DNA of 64,000 nucleotides. It comes from Lepidodermella squamata (taxonomy: Eukaryota; Animalia; Gastrotricha). The translations under genes and the position numbers were made by a program. The notes under the pieces are model-generated. The model made no database searches and was not told where the DNA came from. It saw only the letters and a program-made list of their open reading frames with translations. The DNA is taken from positions 3,224,001 to 3,288,000 of the forward strand of contig JBLDXI010000032.1 of NCBI GenBank assembly GCA_047495785.1, given 5' to 3'. Of the stretch, positions 48,759-61,714 are shown piece by piece; positions within the stretch are counted from its first letter, which is position 1; each line of letters opens with the position of its first letter.

Positions 48759-50035
48759 TCAGCTGGTCATTTTCACTCCATAATAAATGAGGACAAGGAA
48801 TCCAATACTTGTCGACAACCCCATGACCAAAAAGTCCGCCAAACGTATCAACTTGATACTGAAACGCCCGTTTTTAGATGTCAAAATCTTGCGATTCAGC
48901 CATTTAATTTCAGCCGCCGTGCAAGCAAACGGCGTGTAGATTGTTATCAAAAAGCAGATCAGCATGAAGGCTAGTAGAATATTCATGATGTAAACATCTT
49001 CGGATGTTTTCGGCATCAGGCTAGAGACCAGCGTCTGCAGGACAGAAACTGACAAATTGACAGTTACGCAAAATGCAGGCCGGTCAGGGTGGTCGGGTGA
49101 CATAATTAAGGCGGCGATCTGAAGGGCGTACAACGCAATTGCTGGTACGAAGATGTTACCGGCGTAATACTGATATTTCCGCTGAATGTACAATTTCATA
49201 ACCATGTGGTCGTAGCCACCTTCTAATGATTGAGAGAAGTTTAAGCCTAACAGCTCCCAAATATCGTCGTCTAGCAGCGGTTTGCCGTATATTTCAAAAG
49301 TTCCTCGAACAAAATTCAACTCATTCGATAAATATTCAGTTTCGAACTCGAAGGTGCACCAGGCGGTGTCGAAGGGAAATTTCTGGAAATTGAATCCATA
49401 GCATTTAGTAGATATTTGATCTGTTGTCAACATATCGCCAAACGGTGGCTCTCTCAATGCGAATATCGTGACGACTCGTTCTCTGCAAATAAAATTAAAT
49501 AAAAATCGGAATAAATTCATATTATCAATTATTACTGCCGTAGAGGTCTAGGATTTCCGATTGCATTAACATGTTGAAGGTCCGGCCACCAGATGTCATT
49601 TTTCGGCATCTGAAAAGCGATTCTTTTCTGGATTTCGATGTCAAGGTCTTCATAGCCAGGCATCAAATCTGATCTGATATCTCTTCCGCAGGGAAAGTTC
49701 CACTCGACCAAAATCATCGCCATTGCAGTCACGCTTGTGAGTCATAAATTTGAGTAATTTCAGATATAGGTGATAATAATCGAGAAAAATTACCTCATTT
49801 CGACATCATTAACTTGATTAATATTCATCAAAGCCATATCTAAATTTGCAGTAATCGGGTTGCTGAAATTTTTCGAGTATAACTGCCAATCAGTAGGCAG
49901 TTTAGGGCCCTTGGCAATAGGGCAAAGCTCGAAAAAGCGGTCTCTCAATTCATTAGACGCGTTAGTACTGAAGTTCCAGCTACCTACTACAGGGCTGAAA
50001 GAGAACAGGAGGGCGACGATAGCTGAAATCGCCAT
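48759..50035 (-). CDS. Divergent Cys-loop (pentameric) ligand-gated ion channel subunit L1
   Basis: Signal peptide, INQVNDVEM, IWWPDL, CYGFNFQKFPFDTAWC, four TM helices with PDHPDRPAFCVT at M2; 3 exons. Confidence 0.85.
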
Positions 50036-50666
50036 CTTACGAAACTGTCATACATACCAGAAATCAGAATGCCAGGTATGTGAGGTAAGCGCAGGAAACA
50101 GCTACGAAGCATAATACTACGAACATATCGCGGAAGTCAGAAAACCAGACAGGGTAAACACAAAGGTCAGGGTAAATGTTGAAAAGTAATCGAAGCTGAG
50201 CAATTATCGTAAATCCGATGATCGAGCAATTTTATACATTCCAGCCATTTCCAAATCGATAAAAGCAGATGCATCAAATCGATATAGATATACTTTTATT
50301 GTATCCCGAAACTAAGAGAAAAATATTCTCCTTAAGATTAAGAATTGAAAACTGTACATGATTTTCCGGCTCAAATTATCACATTTTAAATTTTGAGAGT
50401 TTTAAATTCAAACAAATTTCAACAATCTACCGTCTTGTCGTATCCACGATGGTGAAAATTCGCCGTTAGATTATCATGCAATTTAGGGAATTATTTTAGG
50501 AAGGTTCAACTTCTCATGCTAGATCGAAAGGCCTTTAGCGGAGAAATATACCTCACGAGAGGATATTGTATTTCGCATCAAATATTTACCAACAGATAGG
50601 TAGCCAGATAATAATTTAGACATTTTTCAAGCGATAAAATTGCTGCGCAAAGTTATGTAAAAGCTG

Positions 50667-51890
50667 ATGCGACCTTTCAGTCTTTTCTCTTGCGTCTGGG
50701 GCTTAATGGTAGCGGGTGAAGTTCGTACTGATAATGCGGCGATAATTCAAAATCATTTGCTGTGTGACCCATTTTCCCGCTCAAATAAAACAGTCAACAT
50801 TGATGCAACGTTTCGGTTTTACAATTTCGACGAGATCGACGACGTCGGGCAAATGATGGCTGTTAAAGGCAACCTGGTCCTTACTTGGAACGACGATTGT
50901 TACTATAAGGTCGCTAAGCAATTGTGGCCGCATTTCGACGACACCACCTCGCAAAAATCCTTCTTTCTAGCAATTGACAGCGCTTATGCCGGTCAAATGT
51001 GGAAGCCGAAACTGGCCTTCATGAACAGCGCAAGTGATTCAATTCAAGTCGTTGATGAAAACATGGCCGGGTACCCGATCGACGTTTATTCAGACGGATT
51101 AGTATATACAAGTGCGGCTGGTTTGTGGAAGGCAAAGTGCTCGATGAATCACGAGCTGTTCCCTTTCGATTCGCAGCGATGTGCATTCATCTTCGAAATG
51201 TGGCTCCATGACAGAATGACAAATTTGAGCAGCGTTAGCGTTGCGTATCTCAGCCCGGATAAGGTAGTCACTCAAAAAACCGATCACTGGGCATTTATCA
51301 GTGCCGATTCCGAAGTTCACGCTGAATCATGCTTCATTCTATCAGAGGGTAGCGAGAAGCAGTGTTGGTCGAGGATGACTGTTACCTTGGAGATGAAGCG
51401 CATTTGGCTGCCTTACGTCTTTACGATAATCGTGCCGACAATATCATTGAGCGTTCTTCAATTATCAACTCTGGCTATGCCAGCAAAGATGCCTGACAGA
51501 CCAGTAAATATTTCCTAAATTTCATTGAAGATTTTCATAACAGTTCTGTTACAGGTGTTTTCAACTACAATTCTGCTGGCTTTCGTCATTTTGCAGACTG
51601 ATACTCGCCGAAGTATCCCCGATTCCGCGGTTGTTGTCGCGCTGCTCGTCTATTTCAACGCGAACATCGTCTCGGGCACGCTCATGTGCATCTACGTCAC
51701 AATTATGGTCGGACTTGCAGATCATCGGAAGAAGATGGGCGGGCGACATTTAAGCCCCCGTTTGAAGAAAACGTTCTTCAGCACATTGTCCTTCACTCGG
51801 CAATGCGATTTGGTGGCATTCTTCATATTTTTTGCCATATTTATCGGCGAACATCTGTATCTCGTCGCACGGGTAAATCAAACTGCCTGA
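50667..51890 (+). CDS. Divergent Cys-loop ligand-gated ion channel subunit L2
   Basis: Signal peptide, DEIDDVGQ, LTWND, MWKPKL, CSMNHELFPFDSQRC, M1-M4; single intron at 51504-51554. Confidence 0.88.
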
Positions 51891-52347
51891 AAAAATGAAC
51901 ACACGTCTTTTTCTAGAACTATAACAGAAAATTCTTAAATCTTTGTTTTTCACTCAGTTGAATCATGGCTTAATGTTGCACGAGTGTTTATTTTAAGGCT
52001 GTAATAAAATTTCGCTGAAAAATTAATCCAAAAAATCCATTAATTTTAGAAAAAAATGTTTGTATTAAATATCGGATTGTCGCGCGGCGTAAAGTATAAC
52101 AATTGCATTTTTGAGAGAAGCTTTTCTAAGAAAGGAAAAAGCCTTCCTATCCCCAAGTCATCTGGCGTGATGAGTTTGAAAACTACCGACCGCGTAAACG
52201 ACCGGAGATGAGCGCGCTAACGAGGCTGAAAAAGCCATTAAATGTTCAAAAAAATGCGCTCTGGATCGCGCTCATAATCCTCTAAAAATCCTCTGAAGTT
52301 TTTTCTGCAGCCACACCGCCATTTAAAATTTCCAGCGTTTATCGAAA

Positions 52348-54080
52348 ATGACTCCGAAAAAATTGGATAGCTCCGAAGTTTTAGAAAACAGCTCGCGATC
52401 TTCCGACGAAGGTCATGCAAATGAAGCCTTCACGGCTGATAAAGATTCCGTCCAGCTTCAAAATCAAGGCTGGACAGCGTACTTGCTGTACAGCAACGTC
52501 GTGATAGTCCTTGGGTCGGCTTTCATGTTTGGCTTCAACTTATCAGTCGTTAACGGCCCTTACGTTCATATGAACGCTTGGTTAAACGAAACTTTCGCGA
52601 GGGAAGGCCGTTGTCTGAACGAAGTTGAACTTAATACTCAATGGTCACTAGCAGTTTCACTCTACGTGATTGGCGGAATTGTTGGATCAACGTGGTTCCC
52701 AAGCCGCATGTCATCGACTATCGGAAAGTTTGTATTAAAAAAGCACATTTTTAGAAAAATCCTCCTTAATGTTTTGCACCAGGCGCTACGCTTTGATAAT
52801 TGCTGCCGCCATAGCATTTATTGGCGAAATCGTGATATTCATCGCAAGATTTACCATGAGCTATGTGCCATTTATGCTCGGAAGAATTGTTGTTGGGTTT
52901 TCAGGCGGGATGTCGCTAACAATTGCCCCGGCTTTGATCAACGAACACTCGCCGGCTAGACTGCGAGGTGCCTGTGGGACTATCTTCAGCCTAGGAATCG
53001 CCATTGGACTTGAGGCTGCGAATCTTCTCGGTTTATCATTCCTATTAGGGTCCGAGCAACTCTGGCACTATCTTTTCCGTAAAAAAATTCGCTGGATTCT
53101 TGGAATTTCCTTTACATTCTCTGCTTTACAGTGACTGTAGCTGGGTTATACCTTGTCCATGCAATCGGTATGTTTTTCGTGGTGGAAAGTCCTCGATGGC
53201 TTTTCGACAAGAATCGAGAAAATGAGGCCCAGAAGGCTATGCTAAGACTTCGTAACGCGTCCAACTACGAAACAATCCAACCTGAGTTTGAGCTAATGAA
53301 ACGCACGGCTCGAGAGGAAGCGAACATGCCTGCAATAACCATGAGAACCTTGCTGAAAGATCGACGTCTCTGGTGGCCAATGTTAGTCGTCATCATCGTT
53401 CATATCAACAACGAGTTGACAGGGCTGAGTGCTGTTTTGATTTACACAAGCTTGGTACTGAACGACGGTGGCCTTGGATCGGAAATGGCATCCGTCGCGA
53501 ATTTCGGCATAACCTTTGCAATGGTCTTAGGAAATATCATTTGCGCCCTCCTTGTCGATAGAATTGGTCGACGAATTCTTCTGCTAGTTGGCACGTTCAG
53601 TTTGATAGTAATCAACGTCTTCCTTGTGCTTGTTCTGAATTATCACGTAACGTTTAGCGGGTTGAATTATATACTTACATTGAAACTTTTCCTATCCTTA
53701 TTCAGGTCTTACCAGCAGGAATGGCAGGGTTTGCAGCTTTCCTGCTGATCTTCACTTGTGGTCCAGGTCCGATTCCTTGGTTCTTGCCGGCTGAGATGTT
53801 CAACCAATCAGCTCGGCCTCTTGCCCTCGACATAGCGACCTTTACCAACTGGGCTGGAAACATTATTGTAACCTTTGTCTTCCCAATAATGAAGCTGAAA
53901 ATCGGCTACTTTGCCTTTTTACCATTCGCTTGTATTGCTGCTATCTGTTTTGTCTTCTTTCTACTCTTTTTGCCCGAAACTGCGCCTGGGCTAGCCAACT
54001 ATAACAACGAGAAATTCGCGCCAGGAAACTCGCTGATTCAACTTGGCTGTTGCGAGAAATCACGCAGGCGTCACACCTGA
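52348..54080 (+). CDS. SLC2/GLUT-like transporter T5
   Basis: GSAFMFGFNL, EHSPARLRG, VESPRWL, VDRIGRR, GPGPIPW, LPET; 4 exons. Confidence 0.9.
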
Positions 54081-54270
54081 TTATCGACGGAGATTTCTTA
54101 GCCTCAATTCAAACATGGAAAAATGTTAATACTAATTTTGCAAATATTATTTTATTTAAATATGACATATATTCCTGCGTGGGGTTTTCAGTGATATTTA
54201 TTGATTTCATCGAAGGCCGAACTAATTACTTGATTACTTATTTTTAATTATAAGCATATTATTTTTAATA

Positions 54271-54444
54271 TACCGTATTTTCGCGCTTTGAGTGTAATGC
54301 CACTATGCCCCGTTTATAGTGACATGCCAGATTAAATTTCAATGCAAAGCATTAGATGCCACTAAAATCGAGGTAATTGAATCGGGGTCAATAACCACGT
54401 TTCATTTTATAGGAGCATGACACTCGAAGCGCGGTAATACGGTA
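54271..54444. mobile_element. Small TA-CCGTA-type MITE
   Basis: TACCGTATTTTCGCGCTTTGAGTGT ... ACACTCGAAGCGCGGTAATACGGTA inverted termini. Confidence 0.7.
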
Positions 54445-54988
54445 CAAACATATCGTGAAATAAACCCATCGTTAGTAAAATTGGAATTTTTATTGTATTC
54501 TTTCGAGTTTATTTTACCACGAATATGCTAAAATCTTCGTCTGCTTGATAAGTAAACTCTCGTGGACCAGCACCTGGCCACACACACACTACCTGATAGC
54601 TTTGACATCCACGCACACTTCAAAGTGTTATATGCAAGTGCCGCAAGAGGTGGGATTGCTTGGTCCTCGAGATTCTACTAATCAAGCAGACGAAGATCGC
54701 AGTGAGCCTCAACGTGCAGTCCGACTCAATTAAATTAAAACTATTTTGGCAGTTTCTATTTTCCTCCTGATACCTTGTTGTGCTTTCGTTCTTCACTGCG
54801 TTCATTCTTGTTGTGTTTTCTTGTTGTGTTCCTGAAGATGGTCCGCGCAAGGACCGAAACGTCGCCAATAATTAATAAAGTTGTAGTCAGAAGCAACTTA
54901 AGGCTACCTAAAGCTTTTGATTATCATTTTCCAAGCCGTTGCAACAGTCCAATACTAACACGTTTTAAGCTTTCTAAACTTCGCTGAA

Positions 54989-55255
54989 ATGACGAATGAC
55001 GATGGGCATGGCGATTGCGATGACGAAATCGAAGAGGGCCCGCGACATCACGAGCACGAACTCGGCAATCAGGGCTGGAATGCTTACCTGCTCTACAGCA
55101 ATATTACTGTTGCATTAGGATCAGCTTTCCTATTTGGTTACAACATATCAGTCGTAAATGGCTATGAATAAATGGCTAAACGAGACCTGCTGATGAGTTG
55201 AAAACACAATGGTCACTCGCAGTCGCGTTATACTTGGTTGGTTTGCTTGGTTAAC
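54989..55255 (+). pseudogene. SLC2-like pseudogene T6 (5' fragment, paralog of T8)
   Basis: DDEIEEGPRHHEHEL..QGWNAYLLYSNITVALGSAFLFGYNISVVNG is shared with T8. Deletions, a frameshift and truncation follow. The upstream DNA is also homologous to that of T8. Confidence 0.85.
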
Positions 55256-55426
55256 TTTCAAGCCCAAGTGTCATCACGCCTCGTCAAAAGTATCTATAAT
55301 GAACTGCATTTTATCCCAATCTTACTATAATAAAGTAGTATCATCTGCGAATGCTAGCAGCATAAGCCACTCTTCGTCCATTGAAGGTATACCTGTTTTT
55401 TCTAATTGTTTTACTCGTTTCCAGAC

Positions 55427-55827
55427 TACCGTACTGCCCGGAACAAAAACCATGACATTTGTTTTTTTCAAACGATGATGAACCCCTGACATTTAAAAGG
55501 GACTGACATTTATTTCGGGCCTGACATTTATTTATTCGAACCAACTAGTAACTTGCCCAGGAACCAAAATGGCATATATTTTCCTGAACTTCTACTTGTT
55601 TTGACCCGAAAACTTGGTCCCTGACCTTTCTATGTTCCAAGAGTAGTAATTATCTCCATTCAGAATGGCTATAATGACCTCATTAGTGATCTTCAGTAAA
55701 GTCTCTGCCATTGACCTGACATTTATTTCGGGCCTGACATTTATTATTTCGAATGACCTCTAACCTCTGACATTTATTTGAGGCTGTCATTTATTCGAGG
55801 CTGGCTTTTTTTTCGGGCAGTACGGTA
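55427..55827. mobile_element. TA-CCGTA-type MITE with internal CTGACATTTATT repeats
   Basis: TACCGTACTGCCCG ... CGGGCAGTACGGTA perfect 14-bp inverted termini. Confidence 0.8.
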
Positions 55828-56568
55828 CCTTAAAATCAGCTATATTTTTCAGCTGATTTTAGTGTTGTGCGCAAGCGAGTAAAAAACCGTTCCCAACATT
55901 ACTCAGCTGAGTATAATAATCGATCAAATGTACAATTTTCATATGTTTTCGGGTTAATCAGGGTGGAAAGGCTTGGTAGGCTGATTTGAACGTTTCGTCA
56001 AGAGGTACCAACAGGTTGTATCAGCCTAATATATTTTTGTCTGTTTCAGCATGGTCGCATTTGGGTACGCTTTCGACCTTATCAGAGGAATTTTGAATTT
56101 ACTAATGAATTAAATAGTGTTATTAATCTACCGACCTACAAGGACTTTTGGAGCACCCTGTATTTCTATTTGAGGAATTGGCCGATTATTACACCTTTTC
56201 CATCAATTTGCCACGGCACAGTTTGTCGTTTGCCGTTCTATTTTTAGCATGAACTTGTTCGCTTGAATGATGGCTGTTATTTTTTGCGTCCTCTTCGTCG
56301 TCGTATTCCACTTCTGTGGCAATGATGGTAATGATGGAGGCGGCGGTTTTTTCGTTGCTTTGTCGTTTCGTCGTTTTTTCGCCATTTTTTCAGTTCAGTT
56401 CAGAATAGTGCTAGGTCATAGTGGTCATCCACTTACGGCAATTACAGCCATTCTCGGATAGGAAGGCTCCCGTTATATCGCGGGGTGGGCGACAGGACGA
56501 CTTGCCTAGAATATAAAATAATGGCGTAAAACTAACCTCTTGCATCTCGGCCCAGTCAGTCACGTGTC

Positions 56569-56977
56569 CATAGAGCTAGTTTTAAGATAAGGTCCTACTC
56601 CTGACTAGGCCTGTAAACGCCATGGACGCCAGGTGTTGTGATGAATCAGCAGCGAGTGGTTGGAAAAGTAAACAAATCAGGTGATTTTTCGATTCCCGAA
56701 TTTTTATTCATGGTAATTTTCTTGATAAAATTGTGATGGTACCACGATTTTATGAATTATTCCACTTGGGTTTTTACATTATTACACAAATAGAGATAGC
56801 CCGTTGGATTCCATCCAGACAGCACGTGCGCCACGTGCACATGGTGAGGTTGGGTCCGGAGCTGGATCAGAGTTCGATTGTAGTGAAAAACCATTCATTC
56901 AATAACCATTCTGGCGCCCATGGCGTTTACAGGCTTTTAGTCAGGATCAGGACCTCTATCTTAAAACTAGCTCTATG
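56569..56977. mobile_element. CATAG-ended MITE related to the 46932 element, nested inside an older inverted repeat (~56338-57060)
   Basis: CATAGAGCTAGTTTTAAGATA...TATCTTAAAACTAGCTCTATG, TIR ~60 bp; no intact TSD seen. Outer IR: GGCGGTTTTTTCGTTGCTT / AAGCAACGAAAAACCGCC. Confidence 0.78.
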
Positions 56978-57487
56978 ACACCAACGTAAAAGCTCTCGTA
57001 AGAACGAAGTGAGGAAACGACGAAGCGACGAAGCGACGAAGCAACGAAAAACCGCCACCTCAGAACCATACATAGAACTAGCTATTCATGCCACGTGACC
57101 ACGCGAGCTTTCATCCTGAATCATTGTTAATGTCTTTTTTAATGCTGTGGTTAATCCATTGATTTTCGCATGAAAATGTATTAAATATCGGATTACCACG
57201 CGGCATAAGGTGTAACAATCGCGAAAAAAGCTGCTCCAAGAAAAGAAAACCTGGCTGACCCCCAAGTCATCTAGCCTGCTGTTGGAAACTACCCAGAAAA
57301 TAACGTGTGTTACAGCCAACGACTAATGACGGATATGAGCGCGCTTATCTACCATGCTGAAGAAACCATTAAATTAATGTTGCAAATGCGCTCTGGATCG
57401 CGCTTAATCCTCTATAATACCTCTGTAAAAATAAATTTTTTTATGTAGCCACGCCGCCATATTTAAAACTTCCAGCGTTTATCGAAA

Positions 57488-59233
57488 ATGACTCCGAAAA
57501 AGCTGAATAGCGCCGAAGTTTTAGAAACCAGCTCGCGATCTTCCGACGAAGGTCATGCAAATGAAGCCTTCACGGCTGATAAAGATTCCGTCCAGCTTCA
57601 AAATCAAGGCTGGACAGCGTATTTGCTATACAGCAACGTCGTGATAGTCCTTGGCTCGGCTTTCATGTTTGGCTTCAACTTATCAGTCGTTAACGGCCCT
57701 TACGTTCATATGAACGCTTGGTTAAACGAAACTTTCGCAAGGGAAGGCCGTTATCTGAACGAAGTTGAACTTAATACTCAATGGTCACTAGCAGTTTCAC
57801 TCTACGTGATTGGCGGAATTGTTGGATCAACGTGGTTCCCAAGCCGCATGTCATCGACTATCGGAAAGTTTGTGGTTAAAATTAGATGTTCGTAAAGATA
57901 AAATGCATCCTTAATTTTTGTAAGACGATATGCTTTGATGATTGCCGCCGGAATTGCGTTCATTGGCGAAATCGTGATATTCATCTCAAGATTTAGCATG
58001 AGTTATGTGCCATTCATGCTCGGAAGAAGTGTTGTAGGGTTTTCTGGCGGGATGTCGCTAACCATTGCTCCGGCTTTGATCAACGAACACTCGCCGGCTA
58101 GGCTACGAGGTGCCTCTGGGACTATGTTCAGCCTCGGAATCGCCATTGGACTCGAGGTTGCTAATCTGCTTGGTTTATCATTCCTATTAGGGTCCGAGAA
58201 ACTTTGGCACTATCTTTTCCGTAATTTATTAAGCAAGATTCTAGGAATTTTCTTTACATTCTCCGTTTTCTTGCAGTAACTGTAGCTGGGTTCAACCTTA
58301 TTCATACAATCGGAATGTTTTTCGTGGTGGAAAGTCCTCGATGGCTTTTCGACAAAAATCGAGAAAATGAGGCCCAGAAGGCTATGCTCAGACTTCGAAA
58401 CGCGTCCAACTACGAAACTATCCAACCTGAGTTCGAGCTAATGAAACGCACGGCTCGAGAGGAAGCGAACATGCCTGCAATAACGATGAAAACCATGCTG
58501 AAAGACCGCCGTCTGTGGTGGCCTATGTTGGTGGTCATAATCGTTCATATCAGCAACGAGTTGACAGGGCTGAGTGCTGTTTTGATATACGCAAGTTTGG
58601 TACTTAGCGACGCAGGCCTTGGACCGGAAACAGCCGCTCTTGCAAACTTCGGAATAACTTTCGTCATGATCTTAGGGAATATCATTTGCGCCATTCTTGT
58701 TGATAGAATCGGTCGACGAATACTTCTTCTGATTGGCATGTTCAGTTTGACGGTGATCAACATCTTCCTTGTGATTGTACTAAATTATCACGTACAGTTT
58801 AAAACGGGCTTAATCACAGTCTTTATTGTAATTTTTATGATTCCAGATCATGCCAGCGGGAATCGCAGGGTTTGCAGCTTTCCTGCTGATCTTCTCTTGC
58901 GGTACAGCTGCGATTCCTTGGTTTATGCCGGCCGAAATGTTCAACCAATCAGCTAGGCCTCTTGCCCTCGACATAGCGACCTTTACCAACTGGGCTGGGA
59001 ACATTATTGTAACCTTTGTCTTCCCAATAATGAAGCTGAAAATCGGCTACTTTGCCTTTTTACCATTCGCTTGTATTGCTGCTATCTGTTTTGTCTTCTT
59101 TCTACTCTTTTTGCCCGAAACTGCGCCTGGGCTAGCCAACTATAGCAACGAGAAATTCGCGCCAGGAAACTCGCTGATTCAACTAGGTTGTTGCGAGAAA
59201 AGACACAGCGACCGCGCCACTCCCGATCACTGA
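57488..59233 (+). CDS. SLC2/GLUT-like transporter T7 (recent paralog of T5)
   Basis: Same 4-exon structure and highly similar sequence to T5; the TM10 motif reads GTAAIPW. Confidence 0.9.
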
Positions 59234-59709
59234 GGGACATTCCTTGGCTTCATTTCAAGGCTTCATTTTGGCTTTCTGTGACATTTTTTTCTTTGCCTTC
59301 GAAGGCTGAATTTGTTACTTTCACTTATTTTACTAAAATAAAGCTTATTATTTTTATACAACATGATAAATATCATGATGAAATTATCAACATAAAGAAT
59401 ATGAATTTAACATTACATAATTTTTATTTTTTCCTAATAATAATGCTAAAAATTCAATTCAGCGATCTTAATAACTTCATATCAACACCTATTATATAGT
59501 ATTTAAACTGCGCTTCGGAGACAATGTGGAATTGTAGAGCGTTACGCATTATAAGCTTCAAGGTGGTGGAGTTTAATTGCGTCTCACGTGTCGACACTAA
59601 ACGTACTGACAAGGTCTTTATAATTTGAACAACAAGATTTAACACGCCAGCTAATAGCTTTTGATTGTCATTGGCAACAGTCCAATAACACGTTTGAAGC
59701 TTTGCTAAA

Positions 59710-61440
59710 ATGGCAAATGAAAGTGGGCAAACAGCTGAAGGCGATGGAGATGACGAAATCGAAGAGGGCCCGCGACATCACGAGCACGAACTCAGCAAGC
59801 AGGGCTGGAATGCTTACCTGCTCTACAGCAACATTACTGTTGCATTAGGATCAGCCTTCTTATTTGGTTACAACATTTCAGTTGTTAATGGACCCTATAT
59901 TCACATGAATAAATGGCTGAACGAGACATTCGCAAGTCAAGGCAAAATTCTTGCTGCGGATGAATTGAATACAGAATGGTCACTCGCAGTCGCGTTGTAC
60001 TTGATAGGAGGCCTGGTTGGCTCGACTTGGTTTCCAAGTGGCATATCTTCATCGATTGGAGAGTAGGAAATGTCCTAGAATTTATTCTCAAATTCCTAAT
60101 TTGATTCTTTTGAAGGAGATACACATTAATTATTACAGCTGTAATCGCGCTGATAGGTCAGATTTTACAATTCATCGCTAGGTACTCTGGAAGTTACGTA
60201 CCTTTCATGCTTGGCCGAGCTATCGCTGGATTCTCCAGTGGAATCTCCCTAACAATTGGACCCGAGTTGATCAACGAACACGCCCCAGAGGACCTAAAAG
60301 GTGCTTGTGGGTCAATTTTTAGCCTGGCAATCTGTATCGGAAATCAAGTTGCCAACTTGCTGGGGCTGCCTTACATCCTAGGAACGGAAGCCCTATGGCA
60401 CTATCTTTTCAGTAATAAAATCGTCAATATTAACTTTATTTAATAATTTTAATTTTTTCAGTAATCAATGCAGGTTTTTGCGTTATTCACGGCATCGGCA
60501 TGATTTTCGTTGTGGAAAGTCCAAGGTGGCTGTATGACAAAAAGCGCGAGGATGAAGCCAAACAAGCGATGGTTCGACTTCGAAACGCTGATAATTACGA
60601 CGTGATTCATTACGAATTCGAAGAAATGAAGGAGGAAGCGAGGTTGGACGCCGAAACCGAGGCTGTAACATTAAAAGCTGTTTTCCGCGACCGCCGCATT
60701 TGGTGGCCTATGTTGTTTGTCATAATCCTAAACATCAACAACGAAGTTACAGGGCTGAGTGCTGTTCTCATTTACGCAAGTTTGGTTATGAGTAGTGCCG
60801 GCTTAGACAACGAAACCGCAGCCATAGCCAACTTTGGCCTAACTTTCGCTATCTGCGTCGGAACCATTGTTTGCATTTTCATCATCGAAAGGGTTGGACG
60901 GCGAATCTTGCTTCTAATTGGTACTCTAGGACTCGCTTTGGTCAATATATTTCTTGTAGTTGTTCTGTCACAAAATGTGAGTGCTAATTTTTTGGTTGGA
61001 AAAATCATATACCTTAATGAGAAATTCTTTAGGTAATGCCGGCTAGCATCGCTGGTTTCACGGCTTTTTTACTGCTTTTCTCATGCGGACCTGGACCCAT
61101 GGCTTGGCTGATGCCAGCTGAGTTGTTTCATCAGAACGCTAGGCCTCTAGCCTTAGATGTAGCTACGTTCACGAATTGGGCTGGGAACCTACTTGTCAGC
61201 TTCATTTTCCCGGTTATGCAGTTGAAAATCGGTTATTTCGCCTTTCTACCTTTCGCCTGTGTTGCAGCGCTTTGTTTTGTCTATTTCTTGATTTTTGCGC
61301 CCGAAACCGCTGCTCACCTAGCCAATTATAGCCCGGATCATTTCGCGCCGGGAAAATCACTAGTACAGCTGAGGTGCTGTAACAAAAGACGGAAATATAA
61401 AAATGGCGATCATCAGTTACAACCCGTGCCACATGCCTAA
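59710..61440 (+). CDS. SLC2/GLUT-like transporter T8
   Basis: GSAFLFGYNI, EHAPEDLKG, VESPRWL, IERVGRR, GPGPMAW, APET; 4 exons. Confidence 0.9.
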
Positions 61441-61714
61441 TTTCATAAAATAATAAAACCTTTGTTTTAATCGGTTGGATGGACTTCTTCATGAAATCCT
61501 GATGGAAATCCAATAAATAGCAATTACAACAAGCCAATGAAACCCTCAAGTCTTGAAACAAAATCTTTTTATTAAAGCCATATATAAGAATTTGAGAGTT
61601 CCTCTCGACGAGGCGAGCTCTAGCACATACAAATTTTAAGGACAGAACTGAAATTGAAATATAAACCAATACTTTTTATTTGCTTCGAGCTGCCGTTTTG
61701 TCGCGTTTTGTCTT

